From Candidatus Eiseniibacteriota bacterium (lineage in GTDB: Bacteria > Eisenbacteria > RBG-16-71-46): a stretch of 64,000 nucleotides of DNA. A program made the position numbers and the translations under genes. Below, in pieces: positions 1 through 10,657 of this stretch. Where the stretch lies: positions 2,176,001 through 2,240,000 of the forward strand of contig OY970342.1 of NCBI GenBank assembly GCA_963717505.1, written 5' to 3'. The notes below the pieces were generated by a model. That model did no database searches. It had not been told where the DNA came from and saw only the letters and a program-made list of their open reading frames with translations. Each line of letters starts with the position of its first letter. Position 1 is the first letter of the stretch.

Positions 1-1541
1 ACGCGTGCCCGGGTCGTGTCGTCGCGCGACGCCGGTAGCGCGACAAGTCCGGCGCAGTCGAGTCCGTAGGAATCTATCCGTATAAAGCTGGTCATGTAGG
101 GAATGACTTCGGCGGCGGTGATCGCGAGCGTGTCGCTCGGCAGCGAGAGCTTTCGAACGCGCCGCCGACACGCGCCCAGTCGGCCGCGTTCTGGCGGGTA
201 AGTCCAATTGATTCTATGTCAGCCATGTGTCCACGGTGCTTGCTCGCGGCGCGATGAACTTAGGTTGAGGACAGCGAAGGCCCCCACCAGGAGGCCGCCC
301 AGCAAGACATAGGAGGCGTTCTTGAGTCTTAGTCTGCGGGCCAGCGCGTCGATCGCAGCACCTGCAGCGAGCGCAATCAAAGGCAGCATAGGAGTCACAA
401 ATCTAAATAGCGGCATGAAGTCGCCGCCGGTCGTCATGACGTAAGCAAAGTAAGGAAAGACAATGGCGCCGAGCAGCGCCCACGCCTCGCGCTCGGTGTT
501 GGTCCGCGGCGTCGACGGGCCGCTACGCGCGGTTATCAGAGCGAGCACTGGAATTGCCAGCATGTACAGGTGCAATCGAAAGACTGACTCGGCAACGTAC
601 GCGGCGCCACTTGCGATCGCCACGAATCCAGGGGTCTTGATGGCGAACGTGTTCGGCAGCGCCTGTCCGTAGTACCAGAGCCGCCACACAGCATGGCCTG
701 CCGCGAACACGGCCCACGACAGTGGCGCCGGTCAACACCCCACGCCGCGTGAGTCCGAGCTGGGCGCCGCGGAGTCCCAAGTAAGTGAGAACTAGGAAGC
801 TTATTAATAAGCCTTCGGGTCGCGTCAGACTTGCGAGGCCCAAAGCGAAACCCGACAAAAATTACTCGGCCCGGTACCGGCACCGCGAGATACGCCAGTG
901 TCACGAGCATCGTGAACAAAGCAGTCTCGAGGCCGCTCGTGGCCCACGCGGCGAACGCTGCGCTCCCGGCCAGCAGGAAGCCCGCCCACGGCAGGGCTGT
1001 CGCTCAGCGGCCGGTCCGTCGGCTCTTCAAGGGCGCTGGCGCGTCGGTCAGGCTGGGGAGCCCCGAGAACATCACGGCGGCTACGGTGGCCAAGGACAGG
1101 CCGCACTGATCACCGGCATCACGTTCTCGGGCGCGCCACCGACCTTCAGGACCAAGCAGACAGCACCATCCAGAGAAAAATTGGTGTTGCCCTCGAGTTT
1201 TTCTCCGGGATTGAAGATTGGCCGGTAGTCCAGCAGCCAGGTTCGCGTCGTAGCGAAATGAAATAAAAGATCGTCGCAGACCAACCGGAGATAGCGGAGT
1301 GGGCGAGGCTCAGGATCAGCGCGATCGCGACCCATACCGGCTTCCACGGCCGCGGTGGTGACGCAGCGCCGCAGGGCTCGGGCTCGATGATGGGGTCCAC
1401 CGGGCGGTGTCCCGGGCGAGGGCGATCCAGGCGACATCGCGACCGGGCGGTGCCCGGGCGAGGGCGATCCAGGCGACATCGCGGCATCCGAGGCGTGGGC
1501 CACCACCGGCGATACCGCGATCGTGGTCGGTACGGGCTCAT
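1..1541 (-). CDS. GT-C/arabinofuranosyltransferase-like polytopic membrane protein (frameshifted, runs off the window start; start codon uncertain)
   Basis: Pieces in several frames join into a typical motif series: IFNPGEKLEGNTNFLW, SGLETALF, LASLTRPEG, WRLWYYGQALPNTF.IK, GGDFMPLFRF..P. Confidence 0.6.
1399..1483. repeat. two tandem copies of a 42-43 bp unit
   Basis: ACCGGGCGGTG(T)CCCGGGCGAGGGCGATCCAGGCGACATCGCG at 1399-1441 and 1442-1483; encodes AMSPGSPSPG on the minus strand. Confidence 0.9.
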
Positions 1542-1779
1542 CGGTCCAATCTGCCCTAGGCCCGCTCCCTTGAGCCAGTCGCCCGGATTTCGGTCCGGGC
1601 GTAGGGCCATCTGCTGACTGTCTGACATTGCGGCAGGGGATAGTGACAAAAGGGCGCGGGGGCCACTCGTACAGGCCCCACGCGACGCGCCGCCACTGCC
1701 TGTTGCGCCTCCTGCCGAAGGACTGAGACTTGCAGGGAGTGCATGGGGGCTGCTTTTTACCTACGCGGAGGCCCGCGCG

Positions 1780-2284
1780 ATGAAGTGGTGATCAACCTCG
1801 CCGTCCTGGTGGCAGCCCTTGCCGGGGCCGCGTTCTACTTTCAGTCCCTGCCGGCGCAGGAGAAGGTCGAGCAGCCGATCGCTTTCAACCAGAAGCCCAC
1901 GTCAAGGGCGAAGAGATGGACTGCACGGATTTCCACGACGCCGACGAATCGTCCGCGCCGGGTTCGCCGATTCGCAGCTGCTACGAGTGCACAAAGAAGT
2001 CCAAGGCGATGAGGACACGCGCTCCAGCAGTCGGTGCGTGAGTAGGGCAGGCCCGGTCGCCAGATCCCATGGGTTCAGGTGACCCACAATCGCGGCCACG
2101 TGTACTTCTCGCATCGCGCGCACGTCACCTTCGGCGGCATGAAGTGCGAGGACTGCCATGGCGACATGGGCGCCCGCACGACGCCGCCGACCCGCCCGAC
2201 CGCCGTCTGAAATCGATGGACCGTTGCATCTCGTGCCACCGCGAGCGCAACGCGTCGCTCGAGTGCACCAGCTGTCATGGCTGA
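1780..2284 (+). CDS. multiheme (about 5 heme) cytochrome c3-family protein, QrcA/ActA-like (frameshifted)
   Basis: N-terminal TM helix, VEQPIAFN, VYFSHRAHV; heme motifs CEDCH, CISCH, CTSCH plus damaged CTDFH and CYEC(H); GGAGG RBS before ATG 1780. Confidence 0.75.
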
Positions 2285-4719
2285 CCCAAGAGCTTTCATG
2301 AATTCCGGCGCTCTGGATCGGCGCGGCTTTCTCAAGGCATTGGGCGTGGGCGTGCTTGCCGGGGCCGCAAGCTCGTGCCGACCGGGCGAAGACCCCTACG
2401 CGCTCGAAAAGCCGCCCGTGCCGGGCGCCGACAAGTGGCTCCCGCACGAAGAGCGCTGGATCACCACGGCCTGTGCCCAGTGTGCCGCCGGATGCGGCGT
2501 ACGGGCGCGCGTGGTCGGCGGCCGCGCGGTCAAGCTGGATGGCCAGCCGAGCAATCCGATCAACCAGGGTGGAATCGGTCCGCGCGGGCTCTCGGGCCTC
2601 CAGGTGCTCTACGACCCGGATCGCATCACCGGCCCGATGCGCCGCAAAGGCGCGCGTGGCTCGACGGAATTTGAACCTATTACTTGGGACGCGGCACTCG
2701 ACGAGGTCGCGACGCGGCTGCGCGCGTTGCGTGACGCGGGCAATCCACATCAGCTCGGAGTGCTGTCGGGGCGCGACCGCGGCCGGACGCTCGATCTGCT
2801 GCGCCAGTTCTGCAAGGCCTACGGCACGCCCAACCTGAGCGAGGGGCTGTCGCGCCGGCTGGGCGCCGTCGCCCAGGCCGCGCTGCTCACCCAGGGCATT
2901 CACGAGATCCCCGCCTACGACTGGACCTCGACCCGTTACGTGCTGAGCGTCGGCGCCGGCGTGCTCGAGTCGTCGTGCCAGGCCATCTACTTCACCCGCG
3001 GTGCTGCGTTCATGCGGCAGGGCCGCGGCGGGGCACGCGCCAAGATCGTCCAGGTCGAGCCCGTCCGCTCGCGCACCGGGGCCCAGGCCGACGAATGGAT
3101 CGGCATCGCGCCGGGAACGTACGCCGCGTTCGTGCTCGGCATCGCACACATCCTGGTGCGCGACGACCTGTACGACGCGGCGTTCGTGCGCGACCACACG
3201 TTCGGGTTCGACGCCTGGAACACTCCCGACGGCCGCTCGATTCCAGGCTTTGCCGACATGCTCATGGCCGACTACGGCCCCGAGCAGGTCGCGGCCACCT
3301 GCGGCGTGCCGGCCGAGACCCTCGAGCGCATCGCGAGCGAGATCGGCCAAGAGCGCCCGGCGTTCGCGGTGGTCGACGAACGCGCCACGCTCGCGAGCAA
3401 CGGACTGCAGGTGGCGGTCTCGCGGTGGCGGCACTCAACGCGCTCCTCGGAGCCATCGATCGTCCGGGTGGCGTGCTGACCCAGCGGCCCGCACCCGTGG
3501 AGCCCTTGCCGCCGCCCGAGCTGGACGCCACGGCCCGCGGCGGACTCGCGCGCCCGAGGCTCGACGGCGCCGGAAGCGCGCGATTCCCGCTGGCGCCGAC
3601 CGTGACCGAGGCGCTCCCCGAAGCGCTGCTCGAAGGCGCGCCCTACGGACTGGAGATGCTGTTACTTCACTACTCGAATCCGTTGTACGCAGGCATGAAC
3701 ACCGTGCGCTGGGCCGGCGCCCTCGCCAAGGTTCCCTACGTCGTTTCGTTCACGCCGTTCATGGACGAGACGAGTGTTCAAATCGCCGACCTGATACTTC
3801 CAGACCACACCTATCTCGAGCGCTGGGAGGACGCGGCCTCGGCGCCGAGCGTCGGCTATCCGGTGTACGGCGTGCGGCAGCCGGTGGTCGAGCCGCTGTA
3901 CGACACGCGCTCGAGCGGCGACGTCGTGCTCCAGATCGCGGCCAGGATCGGCGGCCCGGTGGCGGCCGCTCTGCCCTGGGAGAAGTTCGAGGCGGTCCTC
4001 GACCGGGACATCGAAGCCCTGATGGCGACCGGCCGCGGCACGATCGACGAGGACGAATTCAAACCCTACAAGCGCAAGCTGGCTCAGGAAGGATTCTGGG
4101 CCGAGCCCGGCTACACCTACGAACGCTGGGCAGAAGTCCTGCGCACACCGTCCGGCAAGTTCGAGTTCTTCTCGCAGGCGCTGTGGCGCAAGTTGTCCGA
4201 GATCGCGGCCGCCGAGGGGCGAAGCGTCGAGGACGTGCTGGAGGTTGCGGGTCACGAGGGGCCCGCCCACCTGGCGTGCATGGCGCACCACGTGGCTCTG
4301 CGCTGGATCGGAGACCCCGCGCAGTTCCCGCTGGCCCTCGAGCCGTACGAGCCCGGCACCTACGCCGAAGGCAGCGGGGCCAACCTGCCCCTGCTCCAGG
4401 AACTGACGACGGTGCGCGGCCAGAAGCCGTGGACGACGCTGGTCGAGATCGGGGAAGAGACGGCACACGCCCACCACATCGACTCGGGAGACCTGGTCGA
4501 GATCCGGAGCCTGGTCGGTTCCGCGCGCGTGCGGGTGCGCGTCAAGAAGGGCCAACGCCCGGACGTGATTCGCGTCGCGCGCGGTGGCGGACATTCGGCA
4601 TTCGGTCGCTGGGCGGCGGGTGGGGCATCAACGTGATGTCCTTGCTGGCCCCCACCACCGCAACGCTCGCGGGCGTGCCGGCGCTGACCGCCACGCGCGT
4701 TTCGGTCGAGAAGGTCTAG
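2277..4719 (+). CDS. Tat-exported molybdopterin-oxidoreductase-family subunit, QrcB/ActB1-like (frameshifts near 3420 and 4620)
   Basis: DRRGFLK twin-arginine motif, CAQCAAGCG, YDPDRITGPM, ITWDAALDEVA, DETS..ADLILPDHTYLERW, LRTPSGKFEF; joins ORFs 2277-3479, 2975-4636 and the end of 3001-4719. Confidence 0.85.
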
Positions 4720-4721
4720 CG

Positions 4722-5646
4722 ATGAGCGCGATCGACGTGCATCAGATCGCCGAGCCGAGCACGCCGCGGGTCGATGGCCACGACTCGGGCCGCCGGGGGT
4801 TCATGGCGCTGCTTGCCGGTGCGGTGTCGGCGCTCGCGGCACCCATGCTCTTGCCTCGCCTATTGCGCGCGCAGGATGAGAGCGCCGTGCCCGACACCAC
4901 CGAGGCCGAGGAAGCTCCCAAGTACCCCAAGGGACCCCAGCGCCGCTGGGGCATGGCGATCGATCTCGACACCTGCACCGCCTGCGGCGCCTGCGTGATC
5001 GCGTGTCGCACCGAGAACAACGTGCCGTGCTCCGGCCCCGACCACGAGCGCGCCGGCACCGGCGGCTACTGGATGAACATCCTCCCGGCCGACGAAGACG
5101 CCGAGATGGGCGAGCGCGCCGCCGAGACGCTCCCGGTTCCGTGCATGCAGTGCGACGACCCGCCCTGCGTGAAGGTGTGCCCGGTCGGGGCCACATACGC
5201 CACCGACGATGGCATCGTCGCGCAGATCTACGACCGCTGCATCGGCTGTCGCTACTGTCAGGTCGCCTGCCCGTACTCGGTGCGTCAGTTCAACTGGGGT
5301 GAGCCGCAGTGGCCCGCGAGCTACCGCAACTACATCAACCCGGACGTGCCGACTCGGCCGCACGGGATCATGGAAAAGTGCACGTTCTGCCACCACCGGA
5401 TCCGCCGGCGCGAGGAGGAAGCGCGCCTCGCCGGCGAGCCGCTGGGTGACGGAGTCGCTGCAGCGGCTGACCGCGTGCGCCGAGGCGTGCCCGGCCCAGG
5501 CCATCACCTTCGGCGACCTGAACGACCCGGAGAGCAAGGTGTCGCGGCTGCATCGCAGCCCGCGCGCCTTCCGGCTGCTCGAGCACCTGGGGACCAAGCC
5601 CAAGGTCGTCTATCTGGCGCGCGATCGCCGGGAGGGCTCGGCATGA
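4722..5646 (+). CDS. 4Fe-4S dicluster protein, NrfC/QrcC-like (frameshift near 5450)
   Basis: [85 protein letters not shown]. Confidence 0.9.
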
Positions 5647-7221
5647 CCACCATGTCGAGCCGCCTCGGCCGCGCCGGAACCGTGTGGCTCACTCTCGTCG
5701 TGTTGTCTCTCACGCTGCTCGGCGTGGGGATCTCGGGCTATCTCGTCCAGCACCACCACGGCGAGATTGCCACCGGCCTGCGCACCATCGGACAGGGTGG
5801 GGTGGCCTGGGGGCTGTATATTATTTTTGTAATTTATTTCATAGGCATCAGCTTCGCCGGGATCTCGACCGCCGTGCTCGTGCGTCTGTTCAATCTCGAG
5901 GAGCTGCGCCCGCTCACGCGCATCGCCGAGCTGCTGACGCTGGTCACGCTGCCCATGGGCGCGCTGTGCGTCCTGGCCGACCTCGGCCGACCGCTCCACG
6001 GCATGATGCTGCTCCCGCGCTACGCGCGCCCGTTCTCGCCCTTCTTCGGCACGTTCACGCTGGTCGTGTCGGGCTACCTGTTCGCGAGCCTCGTCTACTT
6101 CTATCTGGCCGGGCGGGCCGACGCCGCCCACTGCGCCGAGCACGGCCCGCGGTGGCTCAGGCCGTTCTACGTGCTGTGGGCCTCGGGCTGGCGCAACACG
6201 CCGGCCGAGCGGCAGCGCCACCACAAAGTCGAGTTCTGGCTGGGACTGTTCGTGCTGCCGCTGCTCGTGATCGCGCACTCGACGCTCGGCTTCGTGTTCG
6301 GCATTCAGGGCGGCCGGCCCGGCTGGTACGGATCGCTCCAGGCGCCGGCCTTCGTGGTCCTCGCCGGTGCTTCGGGCATTGGCATGCTGGTCGCGGTCGC
6401 CGCCGCCGTGCGCCGCGCCTTTGGGCTCTACAAGGAGATCCCCGACAAGGCCTTCGGCGTGCTCGGCAACTTCGTGTGGGTGCTGTCGCTCGTCTATCTC
6501 TACTTCATGATCGTCGAAGAGCTGACCGCCAACTACGCCGCAGGTCACGCCGAAAGCCATACCGCCCACGCCATCGTCGCCGGCCGCTACGCGCCCCTGT
6601 TCTGGACCGCCATCGCCGGGCTCGCGATTCCGGTGGCGATCGGATTCCTGCAGTTCGCGACGCGGCGCGTTCACGTGGGCTGGCTGGTGGTCGCCGGACT
6701 GCTGGTCAACGTGTCGGCCGTGCTCAAGCGGTTCCTGCTGGTGGTGCCGTCGCAGACCGAGGGCATGCTGCTCTCGTATTCCCGCGGCACCTACATCCCG
6801 ACCTCGGTCGAGCTGAGAGTGGTGCTCGGTCTGTTCGCGTTGGCCGTCGCTCATGTATCTGGTCTTCGTAAAAGTCTTTCCGATCATGCCGCTCCCGGAA
6901 GCCGAAGGCCCTGATGAGCCGCTGCCGGCCCCGGCGGGTGGCCGAGACCTGCGCTCGGTGTTGTTCGCCCTGACGTTGGGCCTCGGCCTCACCATGGTCG
7001 TGGCCGGCTTCCTGCTGTGTCTCAGGTTTGGCACGCTGCCGTTCCTCGACCCCATCGTTCCGTTCAGCCCGGTCGTGTTCATCATCGGCGTCATGCTGAC
7101 CTTCTACTCGGCGGCGGTCTACGAGACCGTGCCGGACCGGCACTCGGTCGTACCGCCGCCCTATCGATTCACCGAAATCCACCCTTACCGCCCATCGGAA
7201 AGGAGAAACCCAACACCATGA
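5643..7221 (+). CDS. NrfD/PsrC-family membrane quinol-interacting subunit, QrcD-like (frameshift near 6850)
   Basis: [36 protein letters not shown]...[13 protein letters not shown]; continues into ORF 6853-7221. Confidence 0.85.
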
Positions 7222-7646
7222 GTTCCAGCGCGCGCATCTCTGCCCTGTTCGGCAGCGTGTTGGTCGCCGTCGCCTTGATGGCCGTCGGCGCCCACACCGA
7301 AGAAGCCAAGAAGGAGGCCAAGCAGGAGATTCCTGCCGGCCAGCAGGTGTTCCTCAAGTACAAGTGCAACTCGTGCCACACACTCGAGGCGGCCAAGATC
7401 GCGAAGGTCGAAGTCGAGGAGGAGGAAGGCGAAGAAGCCCCCAAGAAGGACCAGAAGCCCCCCGATCTGTCGGGCACCGGCAAGAAGCACACGGCCGCAT
7501 GGATCGAGAAGTGGCTGACGAAGAAGGAGATGATCGAAGGCGAGCGGCACCCCAAGAAGTTCCGGGGCACGCCGGAAGAGCTGAAGACCGTCTCGGCCTG
7601 GCTCGAGACCTTCAAGGTGGAAGCCAAGAAGGCGAAGAAGAGCTAG
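7218..7646 (+). CDS. monoheme cytochrome c
   Basis: AGGAG RBS, signal peptide, GQQVF..YKCNSCH, PPDLSG. Confidence 0.85.
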   Translation: MSSSARISALFGSVLVAVALMAVGAHTEEAKKEAKQEIPAGQQVFLKYKCNSCHTLEAAKIAKVEVEEEEGEEAPKKDQKPPDLSGTGKKHTAAWIEKWLTKKEMIEGERHPKKFRGTPEELKTVSAWLETFKVEAKKAKKS

Positions 7647-7786
7647 GTGACGAAGCCGTCAGGGCGCGGGTGGCTCGTGGCAACGGGTCACCCGCGTCTT
7701 TGCTGGAGGTGCCAGTTCGCTCGAGGCCAACGCCGAGGTGCACGAACGGCGCGACCAGCCTACTCGTTAGACTGCTGGAGGTCTTC

Positions 7787-8116
7787 ATGGCCTTTGACGA
7801 AAAGCTCGCCGAGCGTATCCGCCGGGCGCTGGCCAGCCAACGCGGGCTTGCTGAGAAGCGAATGTTCGGCGGTTTGGCCTTCATGCTGCGCGGCAACATG
7901 TGCTGCGGCGTACTGGGAGACGATCTGGTGGTGCGCGTGGGGCCGATTGCCCATGAGGCCGAGCTGAAGCGTCCGCACGCGCGGGTAATGGATTTCACCC
8001 ACCGACCCATGAAGGGCTATCTGTACATTGCCCCAAAGGGCGTTGCCACTGCGGCATCGCTACGGTCCCGCTTGAAGCCCGCACTTGCCTTCGTCGCCAC
8101 GTTGCCGCAAAAGTAG
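7787..8116 (+). CDS. TfoX/Sxy N-terminal-domain protein
   Basis: MAFDEKLAERIR...EKRMFGGLAFMLRGNMCCGV...LVVRVG...MDFT.RPMKGY; GGAGG RBS. Confidence 0.85.
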   Translation: MAFDEKLAERIRRALASQRGLAEKRMFGGLAFMLRGNMCCGVLGDDLVVRVGPIAHEAELKRPHARVMDFTHRPMKGYLYIAPKGVATAASLRSRLKPALAFVATLPQK

Positions 8117-8144
8117 GTCTTGGATTTCAATCACGGAGGACAAC

Positions 8145-8378
8145 ATGAAGATGATGACCTGCAAACAACTCGGCGGGGCTTGTGACAAAGCATTTCATGC
8201 CAACTCGTTTGAAGAGATTTCTGGAATGAGCAAACAACACGCCATGGAAATGCTTCAGAAAAAGGATGCTGCGCATCTTCGGGCAATGAATGAAATGCAA
8301 GAGCTGATGAAGAAACCAGAAGCGATGAAACAATGGTTTGAGAACAAGAAGAAGGAGTTTGAGGCGTTACCCGGGTAA
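8145..8378 (+). CDS. DUF1059-like small protein
   Basis: MMTCKQLGGACD..FHA..FEEI...SKQH; GGAGG RBS; visibly AT-richer than flanks. Confidence 0.75.
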   Translation: MKMMTCKQLGGACDKAFHANSFEEISGMSKQHAMEMLQKKDAAHLRAMNEMQELMKKPEAMKQWFENKKKEFEALPG

Positions 8379-8867
8379 CAATGATTTCGCGGCGCATGGC
8401 CACGTCGGGCTTCAGCCCGAGGTAGATCCGGAAGAGTTCCAGACCTTCGAGGCGCCCGTCCGCCATGATCCGCTTGGTGAGGTCTAGGACGTCCTCAGCG
8501 GTCGGGAATCGACCAAGCAACCCCCTGAGCTTCACCTTCACGAATCCGCTCATCGAGCAACAGTGCCACCCGGGCTGACATCGGCGTCTCTTTCCCAGGG
8601 GCAAAAGGCGGCCTCCCAGTCACGCGAGGCTTTCGCCTACTTGGATAGGAGCGTAACTAGGAGGCCTTGTAATGCCCGACTAGTATCGGCGCCGGCCAGG
8701 GGGCAGTCAAGCCCCGGCGCCGTCCCGGGCGGCCTGGCGCCGGCCCCGGAAGCGCCAGAAAACAAAGCGCTTGCCGCGCGCGGGCCCCCCGTGATAACTC
8801 TCCCGGCTGGAACACGGACGTGCCACAGAGTTCCGGGGGATGGTTTGTGCATCTCCGCGGGGGATCC

Positions 8868-9368
8868 ATGCCACAGTGGACTCTGTTCGAAAATGACTTT
8901 CGAACGATCGACCAGGTGCTCAACGAACTCCTCGAGCGCACCAACGCGCTCTCGGTGCACCTCGTGGATCGCTCCGGCCAGCTGATCACCTCGGCCGGAC
9001 GCACCGGCGATTTCGACGCGACTTCGTTTGCCAGCCTGATTGCCGCCGACTTCACCGCCAACGCCGAGATTGCCCAGCTCTTGGGCGAAGAAGGCGTGAA
9101 TGCCGTGGTGAGCGAGGGGGCCAAGCGCTCGGTGTACTCGGTGATGCTCGCCGGACGCGTGATTCTCGGCACCGTCTACGACCGGCGCAGCACGCTCGGC
9201 CTGGTGCGGTTTCGCGCCAATCGGGCGATCGGGGCACTCGAGCCCGTGTTCGAGGCCCTGTTCGTGAAGGCGGGCATCGGCCAGCCGGCGCTGCAGTCGC
9301 CGGAGTTCGCGCCCGAGGAATTCGCGGACGCTGCGTCCAACCAGGTAGACGCGCTGTTCGGCGACTGA
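8868..9368 (+). CDS. mglB: Roadblock/LC7 GTPase-activating protein MglB
   Basis: LVDRSGQLI..AG...DATSFASL.AADFTA...IAQLLGE...STLGLVR; directly upstream of mglA. Confidence 0.85.
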   Translation: MPQWTLFENDFRTIDQVLNELLERTNALSVHLVDRSGQLITSAGRTGDFDATSFASLIAADFTANAEIAQLLGEEGVNAVVSEGAKRSVYSVMLAGRVILGTVYDRRSTLGLVRFRANRAIGALEPVFEALFVKAGIGQPALQSPEFAPEEFADAASNQVDALFGD

Positions 9369-9391
9369 CGCGCCGGGCTCGGGGGGCGATT

Positions 9392-10081
9392 GTGGCACTG
9401 ATCAACCACCGGGCACGCGAGATCCATTTCAAGATCGTCTACTACGGCCCGAGCCTGGGCGGTAAGACGACGAACTTGAAAGTCTTGCATGAGCGCCTCC
9501 CGGCCGACCGCCGCGGCCGGTTGATGTCGATTGCCACCGACAACGAGCGAACTTTGTTCTTTGATTTCCTGCCGTTCTCGCTCGGGCTGATCCATGGCTA
9601 CACGACGCGCATTCACTTGTACACGACGCCCGGGCAGAGCTACTACCGGCTGTCGCGGCGGGCGGTCTTGCAGGGTGTCGATGGTTTGGTGTTCGTCGCC
9701 GACTCGCACCCCGCGCGGGAGTCGGCGAACGTCGAGTCGCTGCGGGATCTCGAGGAGCACCTGAAGGCCATTGGCGTGCATGGGGCCGAGCGCGCGCGGC
9801 TGGCGTGGGTGGTGCAGTACAACAAGCGGGACTTGGCGTCGGCGGTGGGTTTGGAGCGCATGCGGCGCGTGCTGGGCGTTGGGGGCGCTGTGGAGTTCGA
9901 AGCTGCGGCGGTTCAGGGCCGTGGCGTGGCCGAGACGCTGCGCGCGGTGTGCAAGGGCGTGATTGCGGCGGCGACCGGAGTCGGCGGCGTGGCGGGTTCG
10001 CTGGGGGCTGCGCCGGCGGCGAGCGGGCCCGTGGCGCCGCACGGGGTCGCGGTGGCGCCCGGCCGGACTGGTCGTGCGTGA
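9392..10081 (+). CDS. mglA: MglA-family small GTPase
   Basis: REIHFKIVYYGPSLGGKTTNL (G1), ERTLFFDFLP, LYTTPGQ, GVDGLVFVADS, QYNKRDL (G4). Confidence 0.92.
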   Translation: MALINHRAREIHFKIVYYGPSLGGKTTNLKVLHERLPADRRGRLMSIATDNERTLFFDFLPFSLGLIHGYTTRIHLYTTPGQSYYRLSRRAVLQGVDGLVFVADSHPARESANVESLRDLEEHLKAIGVHGAERARLAWVVQYNKRDLASAVGLERMRRVLGVGGAVEFEAAAVQGRGVAETLRAVCKGVIAAATGVGGVAGSLGAAPAASGPVAPHGVAVAPGRTGRA

Positions 10082-10537
10082 AGCAGCTCTATCGGTGGAT
10101 CGCGACCCTCGGGCCGATCGGGTACGTGCCCATTGCGCCGGCGACCGCGGCGAGTGCCGTGGTGGTGGCTGGTCGCGTGGTTCCTGCCCGTGCCGCCGCT
10201 GTGGGTGGCGCTGGTGTGCTTGTTCGTGGGCATCGGGCTGGCCGGCTGGATTGCCGGCGAGGCCGAGAAGGAGCTGGGCCACGACGCGCACCCGATCGTG
10301 ATCGACGAGGTGGTGGGGCAGAGCGTGGCGCTGCTCTTTGCGCCGCATGACATGGGGGTGTTCGCCGCGGCGCTGGTGCTGTTCAGGATCTTCGACGTGT
10401 GGAAGCCGCTGGGGGCGAACGAGGCGCAGAAGTTGCCGGGGGGGTGGGGGGTTGTGGCGGATGACGTGATTGCCGGGTTGGCGTCGTGTTTGGTGTTGCA
10501 GGTGGGGTTGTGGGCGGTGTCGATGTGGACGGTGTGA
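10078..10537 (+). CDS. pgpA: phosphatidylglycerophosphatase A (one frameshift near 10170)
   Basis: IGYVPIAPAT, HDAHPIVIDEVVGQ, LFRIFDVWKP, PGGWGVVADDVIAG. Confidence 0.9.
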
Positions 10538-10657
10538 AAGACATGATCCGAATCAACCCACTCGCTCTGCGTCAATGGCTCCGAAAATGATGCTCAGGCA
10601 ACTTCTCTTAGCTGTCTCCAATAAGATACCTGGGTGTAAATCGATCACACTGCACGC

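Noticed and set aside
1000-1791. In-frame TGA codons (about 1005 on minus, 1789 on plus) as selenocysteine or recoding
   Set aside because: They are not at Cys-equivalent positions and lie in an indel-rich region; sequence error is more likely.
4584-6914. 776-aa Fe-S/NrfD fusion
   Set aside because: A frameshift near 5450 explains it; the Fe-S C-terminus lies in ORF 5209-5646, which overlaps the NrfD ATG.
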